From positions 149,668,001 through 149,732,000 of the forward strand of contig OZ024741.1 in NCBI GenBank assembly GCA_964016885.1: a stretch of 64,000 nucleotides of DNA. The letters run 5' to 3'. Below, piece by piece: positions 52,401 through 64,000 of the stretch. The notes under the pieces were generated by a model that was given only the letters and a program-made list of their open reading frames with translations, was not told the DNA's origin and ran no database searches. A program made the translations under genes and the position numbers. Numbering within the stretch: position 1 is the first letter of the stretch; every line of letters begins with the position of its first letter. The DNA is from Eledone cirrhosa. Its lineage: Eukaryota.

Positions 52401-55400
52401 CTCAGACAGGGTGATGTGTTGTTTCCTTGAGCAAGACACTTTATTTCACATTGCTCCAGTTTACTCAGCTGTAGAAATGAGATGATAGGACTGGGGTCCC
52501 TATCATTCCACTGCAAAAAAGCACCCAGCACTCACTGTAAATGAGGTTGGTGTTAGGAAGGGCATCCAGCTGTAGAAATCAAGCCAGAATCAGTTCCCGT
52601 CCCACCCTTGCAAGCAGGGAAAAGTGGACGTAAAATGGAATGATGATGATGAATGATATATATATATATAAATAAATAAGATAATGTCAGAAAAGTCACT
52701 TGCTACATTAAAATACAATAACTATATTATTAGATATAACATACAATACATAACACAAATTATATATTAAATTGTAGGAGCAGTAAAATTAAAGCAACAG
52801 CTATTGATACAAATTGGCAGTCATTAGAAATTTGGATTAAATATTTCAGTATTTGTTCCAGCTATTTGTATTCTGAGTTCAAAGTAGCAGTGGATTGACA
52901 GAACTGTTAAATAGGCTGATATGATGCTTTGCAGCATCTAATCCAGCTCTCTGCATTCTAAATTCAAATCTGACATCCTTCTGCCAGAAGTTGCAGCCAT
53001 CAAATAGTATTAGCAACAGAAAGACCAACGGAAACATTGTTTTCCTGGTTAGATCTGACAATTGTCTTTTACCCCTTATTAATAAATATGAAATAATTCC
53101 CACAATAACGACAATGATTTCTAATTTAAATAATAAAGCCAACAATTTGTTGAGAGCGGAAAGCCGATTACATTGACTCAAGCATGTGACTAATACTTTA
53201 TTTTGTCAACCCTGGAATGAAGAAAAGTAAAAGTGAACTCAACAGGATTTGAAACTCCAAGTAAGGGCCTTATCTAAATGCTGCAAAGCATTTTGCCCAA
53301 CACTAATGATACTGCCAATCCAGCTCTCTTTACAACAATAATAATGTCCACATTAATGTCTGTTTCCTACTTGTCTGTTTCTTTCATACATACTACACAT
53401 GAGACGACATTATCCATTGTATCCTTTCTATATAAGGAATATTTGTCTGCTACTTTTAGCAAGTCATGAGTAAACATAGAAGCTCCCTATCAGTTTCAAG
53501 AGAACAGTAGGGAGATGTTGGTAGGTAACTCAATTACATCTAACAGGTGGTCATCATTGTCAAGATACACGACATCCACCTGTGCCCCCCCCCCCCCCCC
53601 ATCATAAAAGGAATTCCAGAGATTCATTGCTGCACATCTAAAACTATATTAACCCTATACAAGTAAGCACTGTTAACCCTAAGTAAGTAAGAGCTGTTAC
53701 CCTATGTAGGTAAGAGCTGTGGTAACATCAACTGCGAAATAGGAAACAAAACTGCCACAAAGAAAAGCTTACCATCATCTTTATCTTGCTCATCATCACT
53801 GAGTTCACCTCGACGCAGGAAAAACAAGTCTGGAATGAAGTGATACAGCAATTGCTTGATTCGCTGCTTGTCATCTTTGGAAATACCTATATAGAGATAG
53901 AAGTTTGATAACGTTAGTTGCAGGACCTACATGAGCAAGCAGACTGCCGGGTGCTTTGTAGAAATGACAGATAACAAAGAACCTGGAAGTGTAAGCATGT
54001 TAGCCCCATTATGATATTTCACACTGTAAAGTGGTTGACGATAAAAAAGAGGGAATGTAAAACAAACATTGGTAATATAGGGTAGAGATTTCTAGAAAAT
54101 CTTTAGTCTAGTCAGAAAAAGATCCTTAGTGCTGGCAACAAGATAAAATGTACCAAGTTCTCGTTGAAAAGGGCATCTGGCTATAAAAACAATGTCAAAG
54201 GCAACATGAATGGAGGAGACTCTTTTTATCTTTTTTTAATTGCTTGGTCAGAGAGGGGAGAGTAGTGCTAATGACCCTTTTAGGGGCTCCAAGATTGGAA
54301 GAGAGTAGGAAGTATCCTCAACAGGAGTTCTGAATTGAATATATGTAACAAAGTGGACTCCACTAAAGACACCCAAAGGCCAGGCAGCAGTTTTAACCAG
54401 CCATAATTCTCTCACCTCTCTCTGTTCAAACTGTCTGTAACTGGCCACACATACTTATGTTAAGGTATTGTTCTCAAGATAAATAATATCAAAATCTCAT
54501 AGATTCGATATTATGTGAGATATAATTATGCAAGATAAAGTCTTTACCAGGAAAATATAATAGTAAATATAGAGTAATGTAAATGCTAAAGGGTTAAACA
54601 TGGTGAAGCAGGAACTAAGCTTATTACCTAATTGGTTATGGTATAATTAGAACTCAGAATGTAAACAGCTGGAAAAAATACCTGCAAAACATACTGTCAG
54701 ATGACTGGTATTTTATCGACTTCAGAGGGGTGAAAGTCAATGTTGACCATAGCAAAATCGAAACTCACAACCAGAATTTATCACCTTGTTTCACCAAATC
54801 CAGATATGATTCTGTTGCCATGTATGCCATGTAATGGAGGTTTGTGATCAGTGAAAGATAATGTGAGGTTCATTTAATAAATGCCAACATGGAAACATAA
54901 GAATTTCTAATGAAATAAATTGCCTATTTCAATTAATTTTGAAAACAATCAAGAATTTGGTGGAATTTAGTAATAAAATTAATTTATTCATTAAGCTGAT
55001 GTTTCGAACATAACAAAAGGTTTTTAAAAAGTTCAAACATGGTAAGCCAATCATCATGTTATACCTGTTTTCCATGCTGGCATGAATTTAAAGAGTTGTT
55101 ATGGTCTGAGACTAGACAGGTGAAAGAAGTACATCTTTTTCATATGCTCCATTTTTGGTATGGTTTCTATGGCTGCTTTTCCTAATGCAAACCATTTTAC
55201 AGAATGGACTGGATGTATTTTATATGATACCAGCATTTCCATTTTACACAGTGTATTGGATGCATATTATCATAGTACCAGCACTACTTCATATAACCTG
55301 AGTCAGCTTGGTTAAGTACAAGTCGCATCTACACACATAGATACTCTGAAGTTGACCAATAATCCTGATATCTAACAAACACACTGCTAAGGAAGGAAAT

Positions 55401-58400
55401 GAGTTTTGTATAAAAAAAAAAAATCCATGTCGTAAAAATTAGAGTATGTCAGTACTTACTTGCTTGGCGTTTCATGTGATGTACTATAAGAGATGTAGCA
55501 TCATCAATTGTTGACCTGTCTTTGTAGACAAAGGAAATGTGAGGCCCAGGAGTGAAGTTATCTTTACGTTCCGATTGTTCTGCTTGCTACACAATATAGA
55601 GACACTATAATTACTACCATCATCACGATGAACAAAAATCAAATGACAAAGATAGAAAAGGAACCTATCACTACCAACGTGTTTACTGAGCAAAACCAGT
55701 GACATTACTTACCTCATCATATAGAGTTTCTATTTCATTTAGTAGAGCTTTCGATCGAATTGCTTTCACGTCATTCTGCTTAAAGTTGATGCCCATATGA
55801 TCTAAGGATTTTAAATAGAATTTTTCATTCTGCTCACGCCACAGTTTATTAAACTGTTTCTGATTTTCCCGCCATTCTTCTTCCTTTGCTTTTAACCTGA
55901 AATAATATATCATTGGAATAAGAAGTAGTATAGACAAGTGTCACTCACAACATATTGGAGTGAAGGGAAAAGTACAGACAACAAAAATAGTATCACTCAC
56001 AAGACAATAAAGAGACAAAGGATCTCACCTTCTTAGAACCAATGGAACAGCCACACAGGGATTTTTCTTTAAACCATCAATTATATCAGGTGCTTTATCT
56101 CCATATAACCTGATAAAAGAAGACAAGTTAGTCATTTAACCCTTTAGCATTCAAACCGACAAGATTATGTCCCCTTTCATTTATTCAAACCCACAAAAAC
56201 CGACATTTAATAACACACGGAGATCTTCTAAAAATAAACATTGACATCATCGAAATCTCGTCAATTCGAGATTACTGCAAGATAAAGCCCTTACGCACAA
56301 AAATTAACTCTTAGTATAGTTAAAGAACTTGCGAAAACACGTGTTTTTAACGTTGAAAGTGTAACATGGCTTCCGAAAGTAGCGATAACGAATTTGAAGG
56401 TTTTATGTCCGACAACATTCGAGATCAAAAAGAATCAGAAGATAATATCAGTGATTTATCTTCAAACAAATCAGATATATTTATTTCTGATATATCTGAT
56501 AGTCGCTTTGAAAGTGAAAGGAGAAGATTTGACTGACACCATTGAAAAAACACCAACGTGGTTGAAAGAAACAACATCGATACATGTTTGGGATTTTACT
56601 GAAAATATTGGACCACAACACACATTACCACCCGATGCTAAAGCACTGGATTATTATTTTTTATTTTTACCACAAAGTTTCTTCGAAGTTGTGGCAAATC
56701 GCTATGCACAACAACAAATTTCTAATATCGGAAAACCCGATCTGTTATGGCGTCCGACAGATTCTGCCGAAATGAAAGCGTTTTTTACCATAAATATTAT
56801 GTTTGGTATTAAACAATTTCCACGACTGCGGAATTATTGGAGTACTGATATAAGGTTTGGTGACCCTTATATATCAAGTATTATGGCAAAAACGAGATTC
56901 ATCAAATTAAATCAGTATTTGCACCTGGTTGATACTTCAAATGCCCCTGGTAGAAATGAATCAAATTACGACCCACTGTACACGACTATTAATTGAAATG
57001 TCAGAAAAATTTAAAAGTGTGTATAAACTTATATATTGGGAACTTTCTGTTACGTAATTTTACACCGTACATTTACAGAGTGCATTGCCAATATTATTTT
57101 GACTGGTGAAAAGGTTTTATACATTTTTTTCAATGAAAATATTTGCCTGGAATGTAGAGAAAGACTAAAACCTTGTACTGATTACACCTGCATTTTTAAT
57201 TAATTCACCTGTTCGGAAAACTGCTAGAATTGATGGAAATCAGCATCTAGATCATTATTGGATTTTTTTGCAACAAATCTAACAGATAAGGCAGATAAAG
57301 TTTTAATTTTTGTGTTTATCCATAAAGTTATTACTTTTACACCTGTTAATTAATTTCACCTGCCCATAAAAGTCAAATTTAACAAAAAAAAATCAGGTAA
57401 AAATATATAATTGTAAATTATAGTTATTTAAACATCTACTGACAAAATTTCAAGTCTGCACATAGAAAATTAAAGTAATTACAAACAAATAAAATTGATA
57501 ACCCTCTTGAGTATAATTAAGTGAAAATAATGCGAATAGATGAACATGACATTTGACAATTCAATGTGAATGCTAAAGGGTTAAAAAGGAATTCAAGAGT
57601 CTAGACCAAACAATATCACTGTAACAAGTTGAGGAGTTAGTTAATACTCACCGATGAATGGCTTTTCTGTGTAAAACTTCCGATGTTCCACCTAAACAGT
57701 TGTCTAACCTAAACTTAGCTGCTTCTTCAGGACTCATCCTGGACAATTTTTTTTGAACAGTTTCAAGTACTTTGATCACTGCCGAATTGGTTTCAATGAC
57801 AACATCTAACTAAAATTAGAAGAAAAAAAAACAACAACATATATATTAAATACCAATACACAATAACTCTAAAAACATATATACTAAACATATGTACATC
57901 ATATCTCTACATATTGCAAGTGGCAACTAAAAGAATTGGTGCCAGCAAGGTCATCCATCTGTAAAACAGTCTCATAACATCCAACCCATGCTAGCATAGA
58001 AAAGTGGACATAAAGATGTTGATGGTATAGTAAATACCAATATACAATAAGTATAAAATAACACATATGTTAACATCCTGTAGTGATTTAGCAGAAAATG
58101 TCAAAGAATGTGGTTTGTTAATTCAAATGTTTATAGAAACTTACTAGGGGACAAATTGTGGTAAAAATTTGCAGTATTAGAGGAAAGACTTCAATTTTTT
58201 ATGTGATGCAGATATAGTGCTTCTTTGTACTTTTCAAGAATGTCTTGTGAATGTGTTTCATGCAGTATAAGATGTTAAGAGTTAAATATATGGTAAATAT
58301 CAATATGCAATAAAAACTGGCACAGTATAGAGAGGATACTTCAGTCTGGAAAGATAACCATGTTAGTGAGTGGACTGGGTTAATTTTATTGTGGCACTGT

Positions 58401-61256
58401 CCCCTTTACTTTACAAATCAAACTCTCACTATTGAGGAAAAATATTCAGAGTTGCTACTATTAAAGCTGGCACAATGAAAATTACCCGGAGTGAGATTGT
58501 GGAGATGCTTGAGCACGTAGAAATACATATCGCTAATTTGTTGCCTACTATGACCAGCATGAGCTTAAATATCAAACTGCACACCCTGGTAACCTCAATA
58601 ATTTCATCTATCCATTTCTTTGCTAGTAATGTCTACTCTGCCTATATCACTGCTGTTACCAACCCAGAATAATGTGTATATCTTAGAGAGAGAGACTATG
58701 GAAAGGTATACACACATGCACACTGACACACACACAAAATTACTTACCTCAAATCGCTCATCCTCACATCGATAGACATGTTCTTCATACTGAGTTTTTC
58801 TAGACGTGACAAATGTAGAGTCTTCTGACCATGATGGGAATGACACCCAAGTATCATTGAGGACTTCTTTGCATAATGGAGTTCTTCCTGAACATTTTGG
58901 TTGGGGATACGATGAAGGAAGTGCACGATAACTGACACCAAATTTTTTACACGTTGAAAAATCTGTAAAAGAACAGCACATACAATGAAAAATTTAACCA
59001 GACTTCGTACAGTAGAGCTACAATCATCAGAAGTGTACTGTGTACTGATGAAGAAGTGTACTCTTATCAAAGTGTTCCTAGGACTAAATTATCCGTAGTT
59101 TCATTTTAAAGGCAGTGATTTTTAAGTGGGAGGTTTGGCTGTTATTTCTAGCAGTTTGTGTGATCATATAGACACACTGATTTTTGGCCCAAGAATTAGT
59201 AGCTCCAGTCAGCAATATATAATCAGATAGTGAACTTTTGAGTTGTTATATAATCATAAGTTAGTGTTGGTCAAGCAGAGTTATGGCCACACATATAGTA
59301 GATAAAATAACTGTTGCCTGGAAATACTACCCGACAACTATATTGTACACTACAACATGCAATAATGAATTGCCATAGGTCAGCCCTAATCAAGTAGACC
59401 TATGATAAAAAGCATTCCAACTGTGACAATCCCATCCCTTTCCCAGACAAAGTGCACTCTGGACCACATCATCCATTGTCTTTCACAAGACATTAGGATG
59501 TAATTTGAGAGAGATATGGCTGCTATTTCTAGCAGGCCAAGCAACAAAGATTTCTGATAGTGATTAAGTGAACTAGCAACAGTTGCTGTTTCTCTGCCTG
59601 TAATATTTAGTGGCAGAGGTTGGTAAATGGGTGGAATTTTTCACTGAGTGAAGATAGCGTAGTTGTAGCTAGTCAAGTATTTTGTTTGGTTAGATCAAAC
59701 CTGATGTATTTTAGTATATATTTCATTAAAGATTTGTACTCACCTATTTCCATGGCTAAGTCACCACTAATTCTCTCTTTACCAGTCGCCGAGTGTGGAA
59801 CAGGGTCGACATTACTACCAGATTCTTTATAACCAAGAAAGTCTTTGAACCATTTATTCAGCTCAGGATGCCTCCTGGAATCAAGATTTTTCAAAACATT
59901 AGAAATAGCTATTTAAATTTTTAAAATAAAGGTTTTATGTATGCTATATAGTTTGATACTTCCTTCACATGCAGGTGTGTTAAAATATCACCTGATCCCA
60001 CAGGAGGAACAATTTACATTCAATTAAGCTGATGAACCCCACACCACCACAAAAAAAAAAAAAAAAAGCAACTTTCTCTCTAAGCTGCATGGCTGTATAC
60101 ATTAAAATGTTGCTTCACCGTAACATTGAAATGTTAGCACACTGCGGCTTCAAAATGTAGCTGTAAAATAACTTTGAAAGGTTTCTGTGCAGCAGCTTTA
60201 AACTTACCACACATCAGTATAGAAATGCTGCTGTGCAGTAGCTTCAAAATATTTCCACACAATAGCTTTGCTCAAAGCATTATCAGTTCTGCTCAGTGGT
60301 TGGGGAAATTAAAGGTAATATTGAATACAATTGAGGAATAAAGTTCAAGAGAAATATGAATTTCTTTTCTTTTTCATGCATACCCTATCCTATTCCCCCT
60401 CCCATAGTGCAAAGAGGGCTTTTCAGTCATCAATGAGTGACAACTTGCCAGGGTCATGATAAAATGCATCCAGTGCACACTGTAAAACCATACCTAAAAG
60501 GGGATAAGAGGATTCTTCAATGTCAGAAGCACAATAACCTCTCTAATGTTGGTGACATGATAAAATGCTTCCAGTGCACTCTGTAAACTGGATGATGATG
60601 GGAGCTGCATCCAGCCATAGAAAACTTGTCAAATAAACAGACATAACAACTACTATAGTACTGATTCAATGATAAAATACACCTGGTAGAGTGTGAGAAA
60701 GTATGTAAGCAAGATGTGTTCATCCCCAGCTCATCTAGGAAGTCAGGAGCTCCAACTAAAAGCTAACTTGGTCTGTGATGACTTGCTGAAACCTTGCTAG
60801 CAGGAAAAATGGAGGTTAATTATGATGATTGAAATAGTATATGGTTTTACTCACCCCAAAAATGTCTGCACCATCTGAACCAACTCTGCTCTAGAAAGTA
60901 CTTCTTGGTTGAATAGTACCAAACAGCGTAGGAAGTTCTCATAGACATCAGTATTTTTCAAGATCTTTCGCACCTAAAAAAAAACAAAAAAAAAAAACAA
61001 GGCCATGGAATGAAAACAAAAGCTAATTTGTTGGATATCTAACTTATTGAATAAGCAGTTAATAAAAAATTCGAAGTTAATATGTATGTATGTATGTATA
61101 GATATATACACAAATCTAGACATATATGAGGGAGTTCAACAGATACCAATTTTGCACAATGAAGGGATTAATAAGAATCAATTATGCAGAGCATAATAAA
61201 TTATATTTGGGAAACGCAAACGAAAAAATAAGTAAATTTTTATTTTATTTTATTTT

Positions 61257-61339
<83 letters not shown>

Positions 61340-63984
61340 TTACCTTATCAAAAAAGGCAAACTCATTTAGCGTGCCATATTTTCCAGCTTCAGCTAATGA
61401 TACATCTTTTAAACTGCTAGGTTTTAATTTCTGGCAAAACAAAACAAAACAAACCCCATCAAATAATGTACTGTTACATTCAATCAGTCCATAATAGAGG
61501 CAGTGGTGTGACAGGTTTTGGTCATTTACACATGGCAAAACCAATCCCTATCTTGATTTAATCACAGCTAATTTGCAGCCAACAGTGAATATTAATTATT
61601 AGTTTAATTACAAAGGATGATTTCTAGTGAGACAAAGTGAAGAAACTCCAGGTGCAAACTGCCTCATGGTCCCAGCAGACAGAATTGAAAAGGCATCACC
61701 TAGGAGGATTGTGAGGGAGACATTTGAAATACCCATTTCAACTACTGATGCTCACTCCAGTCAGCAGTCAATGTCGCCCTGATGCCAATAGATACGGAAG
61801 TGGTCCAAGGACCAAGTGAGCCAAGTCTCCACTGCTAGAGATTCAACAACAAACCTATCAAAAAGCAGCCAATACTTTGTTATCTTGAAAGCAGTGTTTT
61901 CATCCACCAGATATAAAGTCAGTTGTTGTTAAAAGGGCAGTCTCACCAGAAGTTCCTTATGTGTATTTTTGCACCTCTTTAACAAGAGCTGTTATAGTTT
62001 AGTTTCAGAGTGAAACTTCTTACTGGTACTTTGAATCAGCATTTGAACATTTATAAAAAGGAAATATTTTTAATTTGCTGTTCCTGCAAATTTCTACAAT
62101 GTTCAGTCATTGGGATTTTTCTTAGTTCTGCTTTTAGTATTTGTTGTTTGTGAACTCTGGTGCATTCATATAAAGAATTACCAGCACCATTTATTCATCT
62201 AATGATGTTAAAAATAAAGCAAGTTGAAGAGATGTAAAAACCATACCTTAGCTGGTGGTTGTTGATTAGCTGGGGGACGTCTTAACTGGCAACTGCTTTT
62301 ATTATTCTGAGTTTTGTTATTTATTCCAGGTTTTTTAACACTCGAGGTCCGATCGTTCCGTACACTCAAAGGAGAATCACTTTGCTGAGGTGAAGACGAC
62401 TAGTGGACATGAAAGAAGAAAAAAAAAGTTTGGCTTTATTTTTTACTGCTTGTGAATATTTTATCACTTTCATTAGCATATTTTCAATGAAAGACTGTCT
62501 ACTTATTTCAAATAATCAACAATTTAGAGGGGTTTTAGTAATATAACTTTCTCAAACAAAGCTTCTTACATAAAATTATTATGGAAGGTTTTAAATTTAA
62601 ACACTGTAACCCCTTTGTTACCATATGTCTATAATTGCTCCGACTACCCCAATACATGACTGGCACTTATTTTAATTAACCTTGAGATACAAGAAAAAAG
62701 AAAATGACCAAATAATGCTACACAATCCACTTGATGTACCAGAAAAGATTTCATCTTTATGTAGGACACACATATATCTTCCATGGGGGAAGACAGCAAG
62801 ATTTAAGCCCATCATCATCATTTTACGTCCGCTTTTCCGCTGCTTGCAAGGGTGGGACGGGAACTGATTCTGGCTTGATTTCTACAGCTGGATGCCCTTC
62901 CTAACACCAACCTCATTTACAGTGAGTGCTGGGTGCTTTTTTTCCATGGCGCCTACACGTCCACTTTGCAGTGGAATGATAGGGACCCCAGTCCTATCAT
63001 CTCATTTCTACAGCTGAGTAAACTGGAGCAATGTGAAATAAAGTTTCTTGCCCAAGGAAACAACACATCACCCGGTCTAAGAATTGAACTCACAACCTTT
63101 CGATTGCAAGGCCAATGCTCAAACCACTAAGCCATGTGCCTCCATCATTCTAAATCCGTTTTCCATATTGGCATGGGTTAGATGGGCTGCCATGGCCCAA
63201 GGCTAGGTTGCTCAACAATTATAGTGTTTCTTATTGCTTAAAATGGTGATAAATGAAATAACCATCCAGGGCAGCTGTGGGTTGGCAAAATCGGTTGGTA
63301 TCTGTTCCAACAGTGTGTTCTAAGTTCAAATCCTGCCCCCTGTCACTGGAAGTCCTCTGTCATTAAAACAGTCAAGTAACCTCCTATAAGAAACACCCTC
63401 ATTTGCTAAACATATGCAAATGTGAGCTGTACTAACACCTGCTTTCAATAGAGAGCTTTAACACTCCATAGTACTTATTTAAAAGGAGTACAAAACCAAG
63501 ATAACTATTAATGACTAATCAGCAGACAAACTAACAATCTATTAACAGATTCAGGAAATAATACATCTATTCTTTTATTGATTTCAGTCATTAGACTGTG
63601 GCTATGCTGTACTTATTTGTTTTCAAATCTAGTACTTATTTTATTGATCACTGTTATTGTACCACTCAATTATGAGCACATAAGCGAACATAAATGTAAA
63701 CAGAGACATGAACACAAACAGGCTTCTACACAATTTCCATCTACTAAATTTCACTCACAAAGCATTGGTCAAGCTGAAGCTATAGTAACTCTTTTATAAG
63801 ATTTGCCCTTTTTTTTTTAGAGGGTGGAAAGTATACCTACACAGTTTATATATGAAGAACCATTGGCATCTGGAAGAAACTGACCAAACTCCTTGAGAAG
63901 GTCTTCCTGATTGTGGAATAATCTAGCCACCTGGGAGTAGACTTCCGCTTCAGTGAGAGGTTTACAGCCAGGTTGATTGATACC
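37576..63984 (-). CDS. SIN3A: Paired amphipathic helix protein Sin3 (Sin3A-like HDAC corepressor scaffold), 18 exons in window, 5' part beyond window
   Basis: The spliced exons total 2961 nt in one frame. PAH2 end ([27 protein letters not shown]), PAH3 ([15 protein letters not shown]), HID (SYRALP...[38 protein letters not shown]), C-terminal region ([32 protein letters not shown]). Confidence 0.95.
38408..38675 (-). mobile_element. Same SINE family, head missing
   Basis: Tail and core match 62811-63065. Confidence 0.8.
40113..40323 (-). CDS. SIN3A: Sin3 exon (not in ORF track)
   Basis: NLRLRN...[27 protein letters not shown]. Confidence 0.92.
42840..43735 (-). mobile_element. Degraded RTE fragment (RT to 3' part)
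   Basis: On -, the remnants [31 protein letters not shown] and [20 protein letters not shown] are recognisable. Confidence 0.68.
45450..45716 (-). mobile_element. Same SINE family
   Basis: Reverse-complement match with a small internal deletion. Confidence 0.82.
46595..46782 (-). CDS. SIN3A: Sin3 exon (reading frame not in ORF track)
   Basis: LTIELLDTE...KWANYIESY...KKAVFLPR. Confidence 0.92.
47709..47891 (-). CDS. SIN3A: Sin3 exon
   Basis: LAHFTSDD...[19 protein letters not shown]. Confidence 0.92.
48190..48378. mobile_element. piggyBac-derived MITE copy
   Basis: Same family as 11236-11433. Confidence 0.78.
48826..48995 (-). CDS. SIN3A: Sin3 exon
   Basis: [16 protein letters not shown]...[25 protein letters not shown]. 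Confidence 0.95.
49430..49900 (-). mobile_element. RTE 3' fragment
   Basis: [39 protein letters not shown]. Confidence 0.75.
50431..50614 (-). CDS. SIN3A: Sin3 exon
   Basis: [24 protein letters not shown]...[12 protein letters not shown]. Confidence 0.94.
51722..51984 (-). CDS. SIN3A: Sin3 exon with poly-Gly/Ser/Asn tract
   Basis: DMDVDD...G(n)...PQVED; phase 1 to phase 0 fits both neighbouring exons. Confidence 0.82.
52339..52656 (+). mobile_element. tRNA-derived CORE-type SINE with an RTE-derived tail, full length
   Basis: A box TGGCTTAGTGG, B box GAGTTCAATTC, CORE-like gtttccttgagcaagacactt...ctcagctgta, tail gtcccacccttgcaagcaggg...gatgatgat; inserted in (TA)n. Confidence 0.85.
53773..53886 (-). 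CDS. SIN3A: Sin3 exon
   Basis: [32 protein letters not shown]. Confidence 0.92.
55460..55586 (-). CDS. SIN3A: Sin3 exon
   Basis: [28 protein letters not shown]. Confidence 0.9.
55713..55896 (-). CDS. SIN3A: Sin3 exon
   Basis: [10 protein letters not shown]...[16 protein letters not shown]...NEIETLYDE. Confidence 0.95.
56029..56109 (-). CDS. SIN3A: Sin3 exon
   Basis: [27 protein letters not shown]. Confidence 0.93.
56140..57580 (+). mobile_element. Internally deleted piggyBac transposon (PGBD4-like transposase remnant at 56366-56996)
   Basis: TTAA TSDs at 56136-56139 and 57581-57584; perfect 14-bp TIR CCCTTTAGCATTCA; acidic N-terminus, a frameshift near 56519, then NRYA..W....EMKAF....FGI...YWST...M...RF..L...LH motifs; no DDD core. 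Confidence 0.9.
57652..57809 (-). CDS. SIN3A: Sin3 exon, HID
   Basis: [16 protein letters not shown]...[15 protein letters not shown]. Confidence 0.94.
58748..58962 (-). CDS. SIN3A: Sin3 exon, HDAC-interaction domain
   Basis: [16 protein letters not shown]...YRCEDERFE. Confidence 0.96.
59744..59874 (-). CDS. SIN3A: Sin3 exon, PAH3 end
   Basis: [17 protein letters not shown]...DLAMEI. Confidence 0.93.
60855..60973 (-). CDS. SIN3A: Sin3 exon, PAH3
   Basis: [40 protein letters not shown]. Confidence 0.94.
61261..61334. repeat. (GA)n microsatellite
   Basis: Seen directly, about 10 nt from a Sin3 donor site. Confidence 0.97.
61344..61430 (-). CDS. SIN3A: Sin3 exon
   Basis: [29 protein letters not shown]. 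Confidence 0.93.
61990..62185 (-). mobile_element. Penelope-like element GIY-YIG C-terminal relic
   Basis: Translates to [15 protein letters not shown]...RKIPMTEH..(frameshift)..C...KIFPFYK, which resembles PLE endonuclease tails as recalled; not searched. Confidence 0.45.
62247..62399 (-). CDS. SIN3A: Sin3 exon, linker
   Basis: [16 protein letters not shown]...QQPPAK; ctag/gtatgg; 153 nt. Confidence 0.82.
62811..63143 (-). mobile_element. Same SINE family, full length
   Basis: Reverse-complement match to 52339-52656. Confidence 0.85.
63841..63984 (-). CDS. SIN3A: Sin3 exon, PAH2 end
   Basis: [34 protein letters not shown]; donor chosen to fit the phase of the next exon. Confidence 0.9.
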
Positions 63985-64000
63985 CTAAATAAATGTTTAA

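Noticed and set aside
52339-52410. tRNA gene
   Set aside because: It is a tRNA-like SINE head with no complete acceptor stem, continuing into the SINE body in several copies
56394-56996. Domesticated PGBD gene
   Set aside because: It is frameshifted, lacks the catalytic DDD region and is still bounded by TIRs and TSDs
59040-59075. CTGATGA followed by a short stem (hammerhead-like)
   Set aside because: No GAAA, UH or stem I follows

Overview
AT-rich, intron- and repeat-dense animal genomic DNA. The repeat content (RTE LINEs with (GAT)n tails, tRNA-headed CORE-type SINEs, many TTAA MITEs) suggests a coleoid cephalopod such as Octopus, but that is an inference. Two multi-exon chromatin genes converge, and both have their 5' ends outside the window. 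On + is an NSD-family H3K36 methyltransferase (15 exons, 6359-29104; PHD fingers, PWWP, AWS-SET-postSET, PHD-C5HCH). On - is a Sin3 corepressor (18 exons, 63984-37576; PAH2 end, PAH3, HID, C-terminal region). Exon phases were checked by hand and each gene gives one continuous frame. The introns and the intergenic gap hold a 5'-truncated RTE LINE and many RTE fragments, two SINE families, a deleted piggyBac with related MITEs, a mariner relic, a non-autonomous Helitron, a CR1/L2 3' end, Penelope-like relics and minisatellites. The most notable signals are: a fold-back element carrying a type I minimal hammerhead ribozyme, sense to an NSD intron, with several degenerate relatives; a dead duplicate of an NSD exon start that differs only by C>T/G>A changes; an RTE with a twin-priming-like inversion; and a candidate alternative terminal Sin3 exon. 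No database searches were possible, so novelty is not established.
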